64,000 bases of DNA from a virus: IMG/VR virus record IMGVR_UViG_3300030451_004287, positions 1-64,000 of that record. One strand, given 5' to 3'. A program made the position numbers and the translations under genes. The notes beneath the pieces were generated by a model. It searched no databases. It worked only from the letters and a program-made list of their open reading frames with translations, and had not been told where the DNA came from. Shown here in pieces: positions 9,907 through 19,991 of the stretch; the stretch's first letter is position 1, and the number at the start of each line of letters is the position of its first letter.

Positions 9907-12069
9907 TTATTTTAAATTATACACCATAGAATAAAATGAAGACTTAGCGTATTTTTGTTCTTCGAGTGATAATGCTCTACTTAAATTATTCTGTATATTA
10001 TTTTTCCATTTATTATAATTAACCATAACAGACAATGTTTTATTATCATTGCAGTTATTTAGAATATTATGCACTAATTCTTGCGTTATGGTTGAGTTAG
10101 GAGTAGTATTAAAAAGTATTTTAGCTTTAATATTTTCTAATTCTTGAGATTGCTCATTAGATAAACTTCTAAGATTTTTCTTTTGATTAAACTCTAAGAA
10201 AATAGGATTCACAATACTAGCAATAGTTTCTTGAGCTTGATTTGCCCAAATCGTTAATGCTGCTCCTGTTTGTGGAGAAAATTTCTTTTCCTGTCTTTGC
10301 TCTGTATCTGTAGCATTTTTAGGTCTACCTTCACCAGATCTTCCGGGTAGCTTATCTGATTTAGGAGATACTGCTTCTTTTAATTCAATAGCTGTTTTTT
10401 CCCCATCTTTTTTAGTAGACAATTCTACACCAACTTCACTTGGGGTAGCTGTACCATTTTGTATTACAAGTTTCTTAACTTGATTATCAAAATTAGCGTC
10501 ATGATAAGGACCAGCTTTAGGTGACACTTTTTTACTCTTTCGTTCTTTACTTTCCCTAGCTAACCTTGACTTCTCCATCTCTGTATCAAAACCAAATCGT
10601 TTCCTTAACATTTCATCAGATACAAGATTTCTATCTGCAAGTTGAATCAGTAATGATTTTTCTGCTTCTTCATTACTCAAATCCATTCTATCAAATTCTA
10701 TTTTTGCAGGTTCTCTGAAACCCATAGCCTTTTGCACTTCTTCAATTTCTTTGGCCCAAAATCTTTGTAGAACATCTCGACCATACTGAAGTCTTTGTGT
10801 AAGTGTTTTTAGACTAATAAAATTATTTGTTGTACCAGCAGCACCATAAGTTCCTGTTAGAGTTGGTGGAATTCCTAATCCAGCATATACAGAATTTAAA
10901 TGAGGAGTATATTTAGCTTCTCCTAAAAATTGATGTACATTTGTGCTTGATTCCATCATCTCAATATCTGGACCCCAAACCAAATCCATAGTACCACCAC
11001 CAACGTTGTTACCTAAAATCTGAGCGAGTTTAGAAGTCGCTGCTTTAGTTGGTGCAATCTTGTGTTCAAGACTACCTAATTTAAAAATACGAATATTAGA
11101 AATAGCACCATCTAGTGCTGCCATATCAGCAAGTTTTAATTTTTCAATTACTGTGATATCATCCATAATAGAATAAATCATTGGATACGCCCATGCTTGC
11201 CAATCATCTTTCTTGTAATGAAACACCAAAGTCTTTTTTGGATCTAATGGATACTTTTGTTTTTCTTTTGCTGCTTCTATAATCGCTGGAGGTAAATCAG
11301 CAACAATTTGTTTTTCAGCATCAGTCTGTGGAGAATTTACCAGCTTTCTTATACTTGGTGGTAAAATTAATTCATATCTTTTATTTGCAACAAATGACGC
11401 TAGCGGTCCACTAGACACATCTACAAACACAGGATCAATAAAAGTATATCTCCAAGGAATAACTTTGGCTTCTACCTCTGGACTCAGATCATTAACAATA
11501 ATATCTTCAGCAGCAATACCACGAAACATTTTATTTTCTACTGTTGTATTAATACGAGCAGTTTGTTTGTGTACAACAACATTACCACTCTTATAAAGAT
11601 TATTTAAAAATCTTTCACTACGATCTTTGCCTCCACATTTTTCAAACCATCGCTCATAAAATCTTTGTATTCTTTTATTCTTATGGACAATTCTAATTCC
11701 TTGTGCTCCGAAGTCACCCATAAGATCAACAACATTTTTTACTAATCCGACACGTTGATAAATCTCCTCTGCTTTTTGCAGGATGTTTTTAATTTTTATC
11801 GGTACAGATTCTTCTGGCCTAAAGAAGTCGTAATCACTTCTTGTTAGTCCGGGACGACCACTTGTGTTGGTATCTAAGTTTGAATAATCTAATCTGTATC
11901 TGTGTGCTGCTGTAGACTTTTGTACTAAATCGTACTCTTCTAATGCTCCAGCAGAATGTTCTAAAGCCTTAGCTTTGCTTTCTGCATCATCTCCCCAAAA
12001 TACATAAGCTTCTTGGGGTTCTTTGGTGGAATTTTCTATAGCATCGCTCTTTGGGTATTTTTTTGGCAT
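9907..12069 (-). CDS. Portal protein
   Basis: 720 aa immediately after TerL; LGIPP.L.G motif and low-complexity C-terminus with GRP. Confidence 0.75.
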   Translation of the reverse strand: MPKKYPKSDAIENSTKEPQEAYVFWGDDAESKAKALEHSAGALEEYDLVQKSTAAHRYRLDYSNLDTNTSGRPGLTRSDYDFFRPEESVPIKIKNILQKAEEIYQRVGLVKNVVDLMGDFGAQGIRIVHKNKRIQRFYERWFEKCGGKDRSERFLNNLYKSGNVVVHKQTARINTTVENKMFRGIAAEDIIVNDLSPEVEAKVIPWRYTFIDPVFVDVSSGPLASFVANKRYELILPPSIRKLVNSPQTDAEKQIVADLPPAIIEAAKEKQKYPLDPKKTLVFHYKKDDWQAWAYPMIYSIMDDITVIEKLKLADMAALDGAISNIRIFKLGSLEHKIAPTKAATSKLAQILGNNVGGGTMDLVWGPDIEMMESSTNVHQFLGEAKYTPHLNSVYAGLGIPPTLTGTYGAAGTTNNFISLKTLTQRLQYGRDVLQRFWAKEIEEVQKAMGFREPAKIEFDRMDLSNEEAEKSLLIQLADRNLVSDEMLRKRFGFDTEMEKSRLARESKERKSKKVSPKAGPYHDANFDNQVKKLVIQNGTATPSEVGVELSTKKDGEKTAIELKEAVSPKSDKLPGRSGEGRPKNATDTEQRQEKKFSPQTGAALTIWANQAQETIASIVNPIFLEFNQKKNLRSLSNEQSQELENIKAKILFNTTPNSTITQELVHNILNNCNDNKTLSVMVNYNKWKNNIQNNLSRALSLEEQKYAKSSFYSMVYNLK

Positions 12070-12118
12070 AATAGTATTGTGGTTGGATTGTAGTTGTATT
12101 ATGTATAATTAATACACA

Positions 12119-14140
12119 TTATCTGTAAATTCCTTCGTAAATATCGTCATTTGCACTGCTAGTAAACCATTGTGGTCCTTTGTACATATCTCCTTTGGTC
12201 TTGACTGCGTTTCGTGCATTTTCTCCTATGACATCATATTCTACAGATTGTAATTGATTTCTGAATTGTCTAGCCATCATATTTGCTATAATTAACGAAC
12301 TATATCTATCTTTTCGTAATCTTCCTTTTTTTCCATTTTGCATTTTAACTTCTGGAGTATCCCATCTGTCCCTTGCTCCTGCTCCAGTACTAGTTTGACT
12401 CATAACAATAGTTGTTAGCTCGTTTTTTAGTTCTTCTATTTCCAACACACACTCTGATAAATTATCATATATAGGATTCAAATCATCTTGCAGGATATCT
12501 TTACCCTCTTGATCCATAGTAAGACCTAGTGTTAAATTATCAAATCTAGGAAATAATAATGCTTTATCTTCTAAATCTTTTCTTAATCCATGATTCGCTT
12601 GAGCTGTCCATTCTGCTCTCGCAAACTGTACTAATTCTAATATGTGTAGTCCGGGTTGAGAATCTGTATCCTTACTTTTATTATAGTCAATAAAAGGCCA
12701 TATTAATTGTTCACCTTCTTTTAATTTATTTTTATCGTGTAACGCTTCTTCAATAGCAACTCCACCGCCTTGAGCATCTAGACCTATTCTAGCACAAGGA
12801 AAAATTTTCATAAGATTTCGAATTTTTCTTGCGCAAAAACCATAAAAATCGTGCTCATCAATCAATCCAGTTTTTTGTCTCTCTTTAAAATTAGTTCTGT
12901 TGGTTGTCCAAACACAAACAACTCTACTATGATCTGGATGCAATTCTAGTATCACAATACTAAAATTATCTTTCTCTGAGGCTGGATCGATGCCATAAAC
13001 ATATTGCAAATTAGGGTTGCCTTTGGTTACTGCATCAAATATAATTGGCTTGTCATTAATAACCACACTTCCTTTATCATCAACAACACAGCTTTCTACC
13101 AAACTACGCCTAAAGAAACCTTCGCTGTCTTTAACGAAACAAGCGGCATATTCCATATTATAGATACCAGTATGAATAGTAGCCTTTGCTCTAGAAACTT
13201 GTTTGTCATCCATAAAGCCTTTTGGTATAAGTTCATAAGGAATACGAATAACACTGTAGTCTCTCCAATTAAAATTTTCAGATGGTTCCTCTCCAAATAT
13301 ATCTGCTAATTTCTGTGGATCCCCTTTGCTATCTATGATACGTCTATATCTTTCCCAATACTTAGCAAAATGTTTAAAACTGTAATCGGCTGTTCCGCTA
13401 ATAATTGCTTGATTTCCCATTTTTTTCGTGAGACTTTCTAACTCTTCATTCCAAACACCCATATCTTTCATGGCTTGCTTTCGTGCTTCTGCCTTTACAT
13501 TTTCGATAGGGCTTGCGCTAACAGCAGCAAATCCAGCAACAACCGTTTCATAAATATCTGGAGATATAGATGCAAATTCATCAGCAATAATAATGTGTGC
13601 CCTAAGACCTCGAATCTTACTACCATCGCCCATAGGAATAGCAACTGTCCAACTATCACCTAGACGCATAGTACATCTATCTACATCTCGTCTTGGGCCA
13701 TCGTCATTGCCACTAAAAATACTTCGTAATATAGGACTACTTCTCCATATAGTTTCCATATATTCAAAGATAATTTTTGACTGACGAAAAGCAGCACCAA
13801 CAACTACAATCTTAGTTCCCGGAACAAAAACGCATTTTAATATACAATACAATGCCATAAGAAAAGACTTACCAAAACCACGACTTGCAATAAACATAGG
13901 GAAAGGACGAACCCAAAATTCCTGAAGAATTGCTACTTGAATAGGATGAAGTTCGATTCCGAACAACAATTTAACTGTTGAACCTAGATATGACGGATCT
14001 CTAAATATCTTTATTAAATGAAGATCGGGTTTTTCTATTTCTTGTTTTGATCGACCGATCATAGGGTTTTTATCTATAGACAAGTTTTCTAAGTTGCCTA
14101 GTCCTAACCACGCATCATCAAATTTAGTTTCTGTTTTCAT
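12119..14140 (-). CDS. terL: Terminase large subunit
   Basis: Walker A ASRGFGKS, IRGLRA, Walker B IIIADE, RNase-H-like GIDPA and KDRYSS. Confidence 0.9.
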   Translation of the reverse strand: MKTETKFDDAWLGLGNLENLSIDKNPMIGRSKQEIEKPDLHLIKIFRDPSYLGSTVKLLFGIELHPIQVAILQEFWVRPFPMFIASRGFGKSFLMALYCILKCVFVPGTKIVVVGAAFRQSKIIFEYMETIWRSSPILRSIFSGNDDGPRRDVDRCTMRLGDSWTVAIPMGDGSKIRGLRAHIIIADEFASISPDIYETVVAGFAAVSASPIENVKAEARKQAMKDMGVWNEELESLTKKMGNQAIISGTADYSFKHFAKYWERYRRIIDSKGDPQKLADIFGEEPSENFNWRDYSVIRIPYELIPKGFMDDKQVSRAKATIHTGIYNMEYAACFVKDSEGFFRRSLVESCVVDDKGSVVINDKPIIFDAVTKGNPNLQYVYGIDPASEKDNFSIVILELHPDHSRVVCVWTTNRTNFKERQKTGLIDEHDFYGFCARKIRNLMKIFPCARIGLDAQGGGVAIEEALHDKNKLKEGEQLIWPFIDYNKSKDTDSQPGLHILELVQFARAEWTAQANHGLRKDLEDKALLFPRFDNLTLGLTMDQEGKDILQDDLNPIYDNLSECVLEIEELKNELTTIVMSQTSTGAGARDRWDTPEVKMQNGKKGRLRKDRYSSLIIANMMARQFRNQLQSVEYDVIGENARNAVKTKGDMYKGPQWFTSSANDDIYEGIYR

Positions 14141-14591
14141 TTTGATAAACCTTTTTCATAATTGACAATGCTAATCTTTCCGCATTTTCATGATCGCCGC
14201 AAAAAACCACTTGTATATTATAATACACTTGTAACTCTATCAAACATTTGATTATAAACTTCGGAGATACTTTTATTTTTTCCCACAACTTTTTAGGAAC
14301 ATCGGGTATTCTAGGATATCTATAAACATCATCAAGATCAAATTCCAGCATTAAAAACTTATACTTATATTTGCTCATACGCTTTGTCCAATCCTTATAT
14401 CGCTTTTCCACAATGTTATTTGCAATTTCGCTTACGCTCTTTTTTCTTTCTATACATAATACTTCTTCTAGACCTGCAACACTATAATCGCCCGTGTCTA
14501 ATTTAGCTACGGCTATTTCGTTAAAGTCAAACGACCACGGTTGTTGTTCGCGTGTGTCTACAATAATTTTTAAGTCATCGTAACTTTCCAT
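14124..14591 (-). CDS. ERCC4/XPF-family nuclease
   Basis: IIVDTREQ, L.TGDYS, IERK motifs. Confidence 0.85.
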   Translation of the reverse strand: MESYDDLKIIVDTREQQPWSFDFNEIAVAKLDTGDYSVAGLEEVLCIERKKSVSEIANNIVEKRYKDWTKRMSKYKYKFLMLEFDLDDVYRYPRIPDVPKKLWEKIKVSPKFIIKCLIELQVYYNIQVVFCGDHENAERLALSIMKKVYQNENRN

Positions 14592-14847
14592 TGGCTTTTA
14601 GTATCTGATAGAAATTAGATTCATATAGTTCTTCCATATTCTGAATTGATTTGTGATGTATTGAGCAGAGAGTAATACCATTATTTATATCATAACGTAA
14701 ATGGGGAAAATCACTCCATTTTCTAATATGATGTGCATTTAATTTTTTGTGGGAATTACAACCGGGCCATTGGCACTTATGGTTATCTCTTTTGTATATT
14801 TCTTTACGCCATTTTTTATATTGTGGATCATTAAAGTTTCTAATCAT
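14575..14847 (-). CDS. HNH endonuclease
   Basis: RD...CQ..GC, HHI, NGITLC..HH. Confidence 0.85.
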   Translation of the reverse strand: MIRNFNDPQYKKWRKEIYKRDNHKCQWPGCNSHKKLNAHHIRKWSDFPHLRYDINNGITLCSIHHKSIQNMEELYESNFYQILKANGKLR

Positions 14848-14849
14848 AT

Positions 14850-15650
14850 TTATTCTGGTAGTAAAAAAGGTTGATCTACTGATTGATCTGCATATGTATG
14901 AAGGGCTTTTAAATTGTCTTGTGCTTTGGTAGTAGCTAATTTAAGTATTTCCATTTCACGACCTTGTTTCTCTCGTAGTTCTTCATCTTCTAGCATTCGG
15001 ATAAGTCCTACCCAACTACTTTTACCATCTTCGATTCTTTTAATTCGTTGTTCACGAGTAGCTTTAAGGTCTTTAGATATTTTTTGTTGTTCTCCTAACA
15101 GTTTTGTATATTCGTTTGTATAGTTTGCTATGCTATTGCGGGCAAATGATAATTGTGTTTCTAGGCTAGTTAATTTTGCGGCATCTCGTTCATCTTCTGG
15201 TAATTTATATTCTCTATCTACTTCTACTTGAAGTTTTTCAGTATCGTGAATATGACGTTTACGTTCTTTCATAGAGCGATTAATAAGTATGTCTATGGTT
15301 ATAAATTGTTTTATTTGTAATTCTTCTGCAGGAAGTACGTCCTCACGAAATTGTTTAACAAGATTGATCCATACATCTTCGAAATATTTTAATTCTCCAC
15401 TCTCACTATCGAATTGTTTTTTAATTTCGGGCCAAAAGTTTTTAGCGTGTAATTTATGTCGTAATTGGTCTGTTACTTTTTTAGTATCAGTATCTTGTAT
15501 GTCAGCTTGTTCTATATATTTTTTAATAGGGGAAGTGTTACGATTTAAATGTTCAGCTATTTGTTCTACTGTAAGTTTACCAAAGTTTTCTCTGATATAC
15601 TCTTGTTCTTCTAAACCTAGCTGTCCACGTTTTTTGGGGATTTTAGTCAT
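14850..15650 (-). CDS. HTH + coiled-coil protein, candidate terminase small subunit
   Basis: N-terminal EQEYIRENF..LTVEQIAEHLNR helix-turn-helix; upstream of terL; the TerS role is positional inference. Confidence 0.45.
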   Translation of the reverse strand: MTKIPKKRGQLGLEEQEYIRENFGKLTVEQIAEHLNRNTSPIKKYIEQADIQDTDTKKVTDQLRHKLHAKNFWPEIKKQFDSESGELKYFEDVWINLVKQFREDVLPAEELQIKQFITIDILINRSMKERKRHIHDTEKLQVEVDREYKLPEDERDAAKLTSLETQLSFARNSIANYTNEYTKLLGEQQKISKDLKATREQRIKRIEDGKSSWVGLIRMLEDEELREKQGREMEILKLATTKAQDNLKALHTYADQSVDQPFLLPE

Positions 15651-16242
15651 TATTGATTTGTAAAATTAAGGAAATTTGTTCTATTACGGTTCTTTGGTCA
15701 GATTTAGCAACTTTGTCTCCATGTAGCATTTTTAAGTAATGCTCTCTGTATTTTACAGGAAGGTTGTTGTCTATCTTATTTAATATTTCGGAATTTTGTA
15801 AAAAGTCTGTAACTTGATTGCTTTTAAATAGTTCATTAAGATTATCTACCACCATTGGTCTCATGATATTCTTTTTACTGTCGTTTCGTTTACACCAAGA
15901 AGAATACTCTTTACACTCTGATTGGTGAAAATACTTGCCACAAAAGTTTTGTTGATTAGCTCTATGGTGTGGACAAGATAAGCAAGGTTTGTCGGGACGT
16001 TGATATTTGTCTCTTTTAAAGTTAAACAGGCGATTGCGTATGTGTGTCCAAAGAAAGTTTTCTAGTGGACGTTTATTATCGTATTTTTCTAGTCCTTCTA
16101 ACGCGAATATTGCAGCTTGTTGTTTTATATCTTCTGCGCTGTGATATCCGAATTTAAAAGTATAGCTTAATTTTTTAGTTATCTTGTCTAGTATCTTCAG
16201 GAATTCCGCTTCCTGTACTCCGTTCTTCAGCATTTTGGGCAT
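15643..16242 (-). CDS. Sigma70-family (region 2) factor with Cys-rich insert
   Basis: EDIKQQA.I.ALEGLEKYD....ENFL.THIRNRL.NFKRD; insert C..CP..C..C. Confidence 0.65.
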   Translation of the reverse strand: MPKMLKNGVQEAEFLKILDKITKKLSYTFKFGYHSAEDIKQQAAIFALEGLEKYDNKRPLENFLWTHIRNRLFNFKRDKYQRPDKPCLSCPHHRANQQNFCGKYFHQSECKEYSSWCKRNDSKKNIMRPMVVDNLNELFKSNQVTDFLQNSEILNKIDNNLPVKYREHYLKMLHGDKVAKSDQRTVIEQISLILQINND

Positions 16243-16424
16243 CTAGTAATTCCTTTATATCTTTATTTTCGGATGCTTTAAGGTCTTCTGAAACATCCAA
16301 AGATTCGCTAGCTACAACGTGTAATACTGAATTTATATTTTTATTCATAATGTTACCTTGCCGAAAGTGGTTTATATGATATATTATTGTATATACACAT
16401 TTTGTCAAGAAAGGCATATATACT

Positions 16425-16622
16425 ATGAAATATAAAAAGTGGACAATAGCGGAAAAAGAATACATAAGAAACGAATGTGGGAATCTAAGTGACAAAGAAA
16501 TCGCTAGAATTTTAACCGAACAAACCGGACAACCTATTACGCGGAGTATGGTACGACAGCAACGAAGAACCATAGGATCTGTGAAATCAAATGGAAGACC
16601 AAAGGGGAAAGTGGTTAATTAA
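16425..16622 (+). CDS. Small HTH DNA-binding protein
   Basis: WT..EKEYIR.....LSDKEIA..L; similar to the N-terminus of 14850-15650. Confidence 0.65.
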   Translation: MKYKKWTIAEKEYIRNECGNLSDKEIARILTEQTGQPITRSMVRQQRRTIGSVKSNGRPKGKVVN

Positions 16623-16791
16623 TATAGAGTCTCCCTACTATTTTTGCACCACCAGCGAAATTTTTAACCCCAATGGGGGGTACACAGAAAACAAAAAAAC
16701 CCCTCTTGGGGGTGGTAGCAATATGTACAGTAATTTTGTACACTTACAGGGTGGTAGCTTATCTCAAAATGATACACTAAAATAGCAGTGT

Positions 16792-16836
16792 TGCAAAATG
16801 CAATGCAAAATGCTACAATTTTTGCAAAATGCTACA
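16792..16836. repeat. Three TGCAAAATGC copies in the divergent intergenic region
   Basis: Copies start at 16792, 16804 and 16823. Confidence 0.8.
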
Positions 16837-16900
16837 CGGTTATTATGGGGGATAGAAGTATTTAACCCTATAAAAATAGGGATAAAAAAATTTTAAAGTT

Positions 16901-16917
16901 TTGGCATAGTAATTGCA
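16901..16917 (+). promoter_or_regulatory. Sigma54-like -24/-12 promoter
   Basis: TTGGCAT-AGTAA-TTGCA matches TGGCAC-N5-TTGCW spacing, ~55 bp before ATG 16970. Confidence 0.5.
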
Positions 16918-16969
16918 GATATATTCTACCAGTAAAGAAAACTTTTTAACCCTTAAAGGAATTTTAATT

Positions 16970-17149
16970 ATGAGTAAGAATTTTGAAATCTACTATGTTA
17001 CCGATTGCTGTGGTGAATACGTTCAATCGGATTCACAAATTTGTCCAGCATGCCTCGAGCATTGCGAAGTGATCGAGGATCGTGTCGATTATGACGATTC
17101 CGAAGCAGTCCACTTTCAGGCGAGTCTGGATTTTTATGGGGCGGGTTAA
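16970..17149 (+). CDS. Small Cys-rich (zinc-finger-like) protein
   Basis: TDCCG..ICPACLEHC; AAGGA RBS. Confidence 0.65.
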   Translation: MSKNFEIYYVTDCCGEYVQSDSQICPACLEHCEVIEDRVDYDDSEAVHFQASLDFYGAG

Positions 17150-17186
17150 ACTTCCGCTTGCAATCTGTCGATATATATATTAGACT
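17147..17186 (+). promoter_or_regulatory. Composite sigma28-like / sigma70-like promoter
   Basis: TAAA-N16-GTCGATAT overlapping TTGCAA-N17-TAGACT. Confidence 0.55.
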
Positions 17187-17219
17187 CACATTATTGTCTT
17201 AACCACCGGAGAATTGGAT

Positions 17220-17684
17220 ATGTTTGACACAGTTTTCAATACAGCGATCGCAGAATGCACAAAAGATTCTATCCGTGACGATTTCAGTCCAGAGCGAAAT
17301 TTTACCGCGTGGCGATTGTCTGAAATGACAACAAAGCACCGCGGCGAGGTCGCAGAAATTGCAGTCTGCAAGATCCTCATGCGATTAGACTACACCGGAA
17401 TCCATCACATCGGCGGATCGCATCCATTCGATATCGACACAGATCAAGGTCGGATCGAGGTCAAATCCGCTATGGTGCAGAAAGGACAGGAACGATTCTA
17501 CTTCAAGGGCATCAAGCCTGAAAATTTTGACGATCTAATATTAGTTTTCATTCACCCCGACTATATCGAAATTCGTCACTTGACAAGTAGACGGGCATCG
17601 GATATGGTTAATAATAGCGGATGTCTTAACGTAAAGAGTCCATTCATCAAAGGTCTTGGAGGTATACCTAATGCACGAGTCTGA
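17220..17684 (+). CDS. PD-(D/E)XK-family nuclease-like protein
   Basis: GEVAE ... PFDI ... RIEVKS. Confidence 0.6.
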   Translation: MFDTVFNTAIAECTKDSIRDDFSPERNFTAWRLSEMTTKHRGEVAEIAVCKILMRLDYTGIHHIGGSHPFDIDTDQGRIEVKSAMVQKGQERFYFKGIKPENFDDLILVFIHPDYIEIRHLTSRRASDMVNNSGCLNVKSPFIKGLGGIPNARV

Positions 17685-17773
17685 TCAAGAACTGTTATTG
17701 ATTATTGTAGTCTGTTTTGTTATCGTAGTATCTGTGTTCTGGAATTACACACCAATTTGTTAGGAGTAAAATT

Positions 17774-17962
17774 ATGAGAGTATGGGCAAGCAAGTCACAC
17801 CCTAAGTTTAGACGGACACATATGACCGGAGTATATGTTGTCTATCATCTATACACGGGTCGAGTATTAGGAGAAATGAAAGCTACGTCAGAACAGGATG
17901 CTGTCAGGCGAGCAGAAAAGCAGTTACAATGTAAAGTTTACGTTTCACATATTGAGGACTAA
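17774..17962 (+). CDS. Hypothetical protein
   Basis: AGGAG RBS, 62 aa. Confidence 0.55.
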   Translation: MRVWASKSHPKFRRTHMTGVYVVYHLYTGRVLGEMKATSEQDAVRRAEKQLQCKVYVSHIED

Positions 17963-17966
17963 TCAC

Positions 17967-18320
17967 ATGAAGAAAACAAAAAAGAATCCACTGAAGCTTA
18001 ATGAAACACGGTTTGAAGCAGAAGCACACAAGAAAGGAAGATATGTTAAACGCTACTATTTCAGCAACGGACTTGGAGCTAGTGTCGCATGCCATAGTGG
18101 TACTTATGGTGGCCATGCAGGCTATTTTGAGGTGGCGATTTTAAAGTATCCTCTCGGATGTGATCCAGATATCACAAGTGAGATTGTATACGATGAGCCA
18201 ATTAACGAGTATCTTGGATGTGTTGATGTTATTGGGTGGCGTGACTTTTTTGAAGTTGCAGATTTATTACAGCAGATCAGAAATTTTAACACTGGGGAGT
18301 ACGCTTACAATGCAAAGTAA
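17967..18320 (+). CDS. Hypothetical phage protein
   Basis: GAGGA RBS; Y.FSNG.GASV....TYGG..G.FEVAIL pattern familiar from phage early genes. Confidence 0.7.
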   Translation: MKKTKKNPLKLNETRFEAEAHKKGRYVKRYYFSNGLGASVACHSGTYGGHAGYFEVAILKYPLGCDPDITSEIVYDEPINEYLGCVDVIGWRDFFEVADLLQQIRNFNTGEYAYNAK

Positions 18321-18573
18321 AACCGCTACAGAACTATTCGCTGAATTTGACAAGGCTATTAAAGAATGTTTTACAGTTCCTAACCATTGGTTGCCTGAAG
18401 AATTTCAAGATCAACGTTCAGACTGTGTATCGTTAGCAGACATAGAACGTAAATGCGATCGACGAGATAAGATAACAGAAGCGAAACGAGTACAGGCTGA
18501 AAAAGACAAGCGAATTGAAATATACCGAAAGCAAATCGAAAGAGGGGAGCGTATAGCCTATATTCCAAAATAG
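18310..18573 (+). CDS. Hypothetical protein
   Basis: GGGGAG RBS; start overlaps the end of the upstream gene. Confidence 0.6.
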   Translation: MQSKTATELFAEFDKAIKECFTVPNHWLPEEFQDQRSDCVSLADIERKCDRRDKITEAKRVQAEKDKRIEIYRKQIERGERIAYIPK

Positions 18574-18639
18574 GCCCGGGCCTAAATGTTCCGGCTAACC
18601 TAGCCGGACATGATATTTATGATAAAGTCAGCCAAAAAA
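18571..18639. repeat. 69-bp direct repeat copy 1 (palindrome TAGGCCCGGGCCTA + hairpin TCCGGCTA-ACC-TAGCCGGA)
   Basis: 68/69 identical to 20856-20924. Confidence 0.95.
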
Positions 18640-18859
18640 GGTAAAGTTCTTATAGTAAAGGGTCGATAAGTATTATATAGGAAACAATAACCCACGGAGA
18701 AAAATAATGTTGACAATCTACACTATATTTGGGATGATGATTGGCTTTGAAGGGTATGACAACGGAAAAGTATATTTTGGCGTGTATACCCCTAATTGTG
18801 AGTATGGATACGTTATTACGCCGGGTGAGATTTATTTGGATACAATTCTTGAAAAAAAT

Positions 18860-18899
18860 TAAAGATTGTGCTTGACACCTGACGATAATATGGTAGACT
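18860..18899 (+). promoter_or_regulatory. Composite sigma70 / sigma28-like promoter
   Basis: TTGACA-N16-TAGACT with TAAA-N17-GACGATAA. Confidence 0.65.
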
Positions 18900-18926
18900 T
18901 TGGATATAACACTTAACCCTTGGAGA

Positions 18927-19181
18927 ATGAATATGACACCTTCAGAAAACATTTACCGTTCAGACTTTGATGACGTTGATGGTCTTGATCCCGTTGAGTT
19001 TACAAATGAAAGTATCGACACGCTACGCGGCATGATGGAAGATGATCAATACGACATCTATGATTCCGATGATGACGGACAGCCTACCATGTATGAAGAA
19101 TATCAGGATTTGTACACTGGTGACGACTATATCGGTGATATGTATATGGACGTTGTTGACTATCCAGAAGATTGGGGGTAA
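18927..19181 (+). CDS. Acidic hypothetical protein
   Basis: GGAG RBS; D/E-rich, DDGQPTMYEEYQD. Confidence 0.65.
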   Translation: MNMTPSENIYRSDFDDVDGLDPVEFTNESIDTLRGMMEDDQYDIYDSDDDGQPTMYEEYQDLYTGDDYIGDMYMDVVDYPEDWG

Positions 19182-19184
19182 ACT

Positions 19185-19361
19185 ATGAACATGCCATACT
19201 ATTTTGATGAATTTGAAACTGAAGATATACAGGACTGGGTTCGTTGGGCAGGAGATGAAATTCCCAAGGCAAAATTGAGAGGAGAGGATGTAGAAGCTTG
19301 GGAAAATATTGTCAAGTCAGGAGCCAAAGAATTACTACGGAGATATAAAGACGATGAATGA
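19185..19361 (+). CDS. Hypothetical protein (58 aa, below track cutoff)
   Basis: MNMPYYFDEFETEDIQDWVRWAG...; starts 3 nt after the upstream stop. Confidence 0.55.
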   Translation: MNMPYYFDEFETEDIQDWVRWAGDEIPKAKLRGEDVEAWENIVKSGAKELLRRYKDDE

Positions 19362-19501
19362 GTACAGGGAAAAAAGTTTGTACGATATACTTGACAAGCT
19401 ATCGACACGTTTGGTACAACTGTACTATGTGAGTTGTTGGGAGACTAACGACACGGACGGAATGAGGATTTCAGCAAACATACTTTACGTGAGGAATTTT
19501 T

Positions 19502-19738
19502 ATGAAACAGCATAGTTGGAATGTACACGAAGAAAACAGGAACCCTAATAGTCAATACTTCCATTGTTACGATGTAGTAGACTGGGAGGGTGAAGAGAGA
19601 CCAGAAGTATTTGTTTGTGTTCCTAAAGTCGATAAGACCTGTTCACTGGAACGAAGCGAACAACTGGCAGCAGTCACAGGGATTGTGGAGCAGCAGATAG
19701 GTTGTGAAGTTGAGACTTTCAGAATGGAGGAAAGATGA
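19502..19738 (+). CDS. Hypothetical protein
   Basis: GAGGA RBS; ATGA overlap with the next ORF. Confidence 0.6.
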   Translation: MKQHSWNVHEENRNPNSQYFHCYDVVDWEGEERPEVFVCVPKVDKTCSLERSEQLAAVTGIVEQQIGCEVETFRMEER

Positions 19739-19929
19739 ATATTATAAACCTAGATTTTCAGAGCGTTGTAATCGGTTACACTATCGGTATAGTATTGATG
19801 TGGAGTATTCACACTGTTCTATTTGAAGGGGAGAATGAAATTGACGACCAAACAAAAAGACACAATGAAGCTGTTAGGAATAGCCCTTATAGCTGGAATT
19901 ATCCTTACGATGTTACTGCATCTAAATGA
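19735..19929 (+). CDS. Small membrane protein
   Basis: One hydrophobic segment; GGAGG RBS. Confidence 0.55.
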   Translation: MNIINLDFQSVVIGYTIGIVLMWSIHTVLFEGENEIDDQTKRHNEAVRNSPYSWNYPYDVTASK

Positions 19930-19981
19930 GGGTGCTGCTGCTCAAGCGGGTTTCGATGCAGGGTTTTAATACCCTGTCTCG

Positions 19982-19991
19982 GGCCCGGGCC
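19982..19991. repeat. GGCCCGGGCC palindrome, copy 2 of 4
   Basis: Followed by TAAA like the other copies. Confidence 0.85.

Noticed and set aside
171-15663. Plus-strand ORFs such as 259-483, 4450-4818, 8517-8981, 13004-13309 and 15289-15663
   Set aside because: Antisense shadows of the well-supported minus-strand structural genes
16349-16573. 5' part of minus-strand ORF 16175-16573
   Set aside because: Antisense to the HTH gene at 16425; only the part from ATG 16348 behind the GTGTAT motif is plausible, and it overlaps the sigma gene
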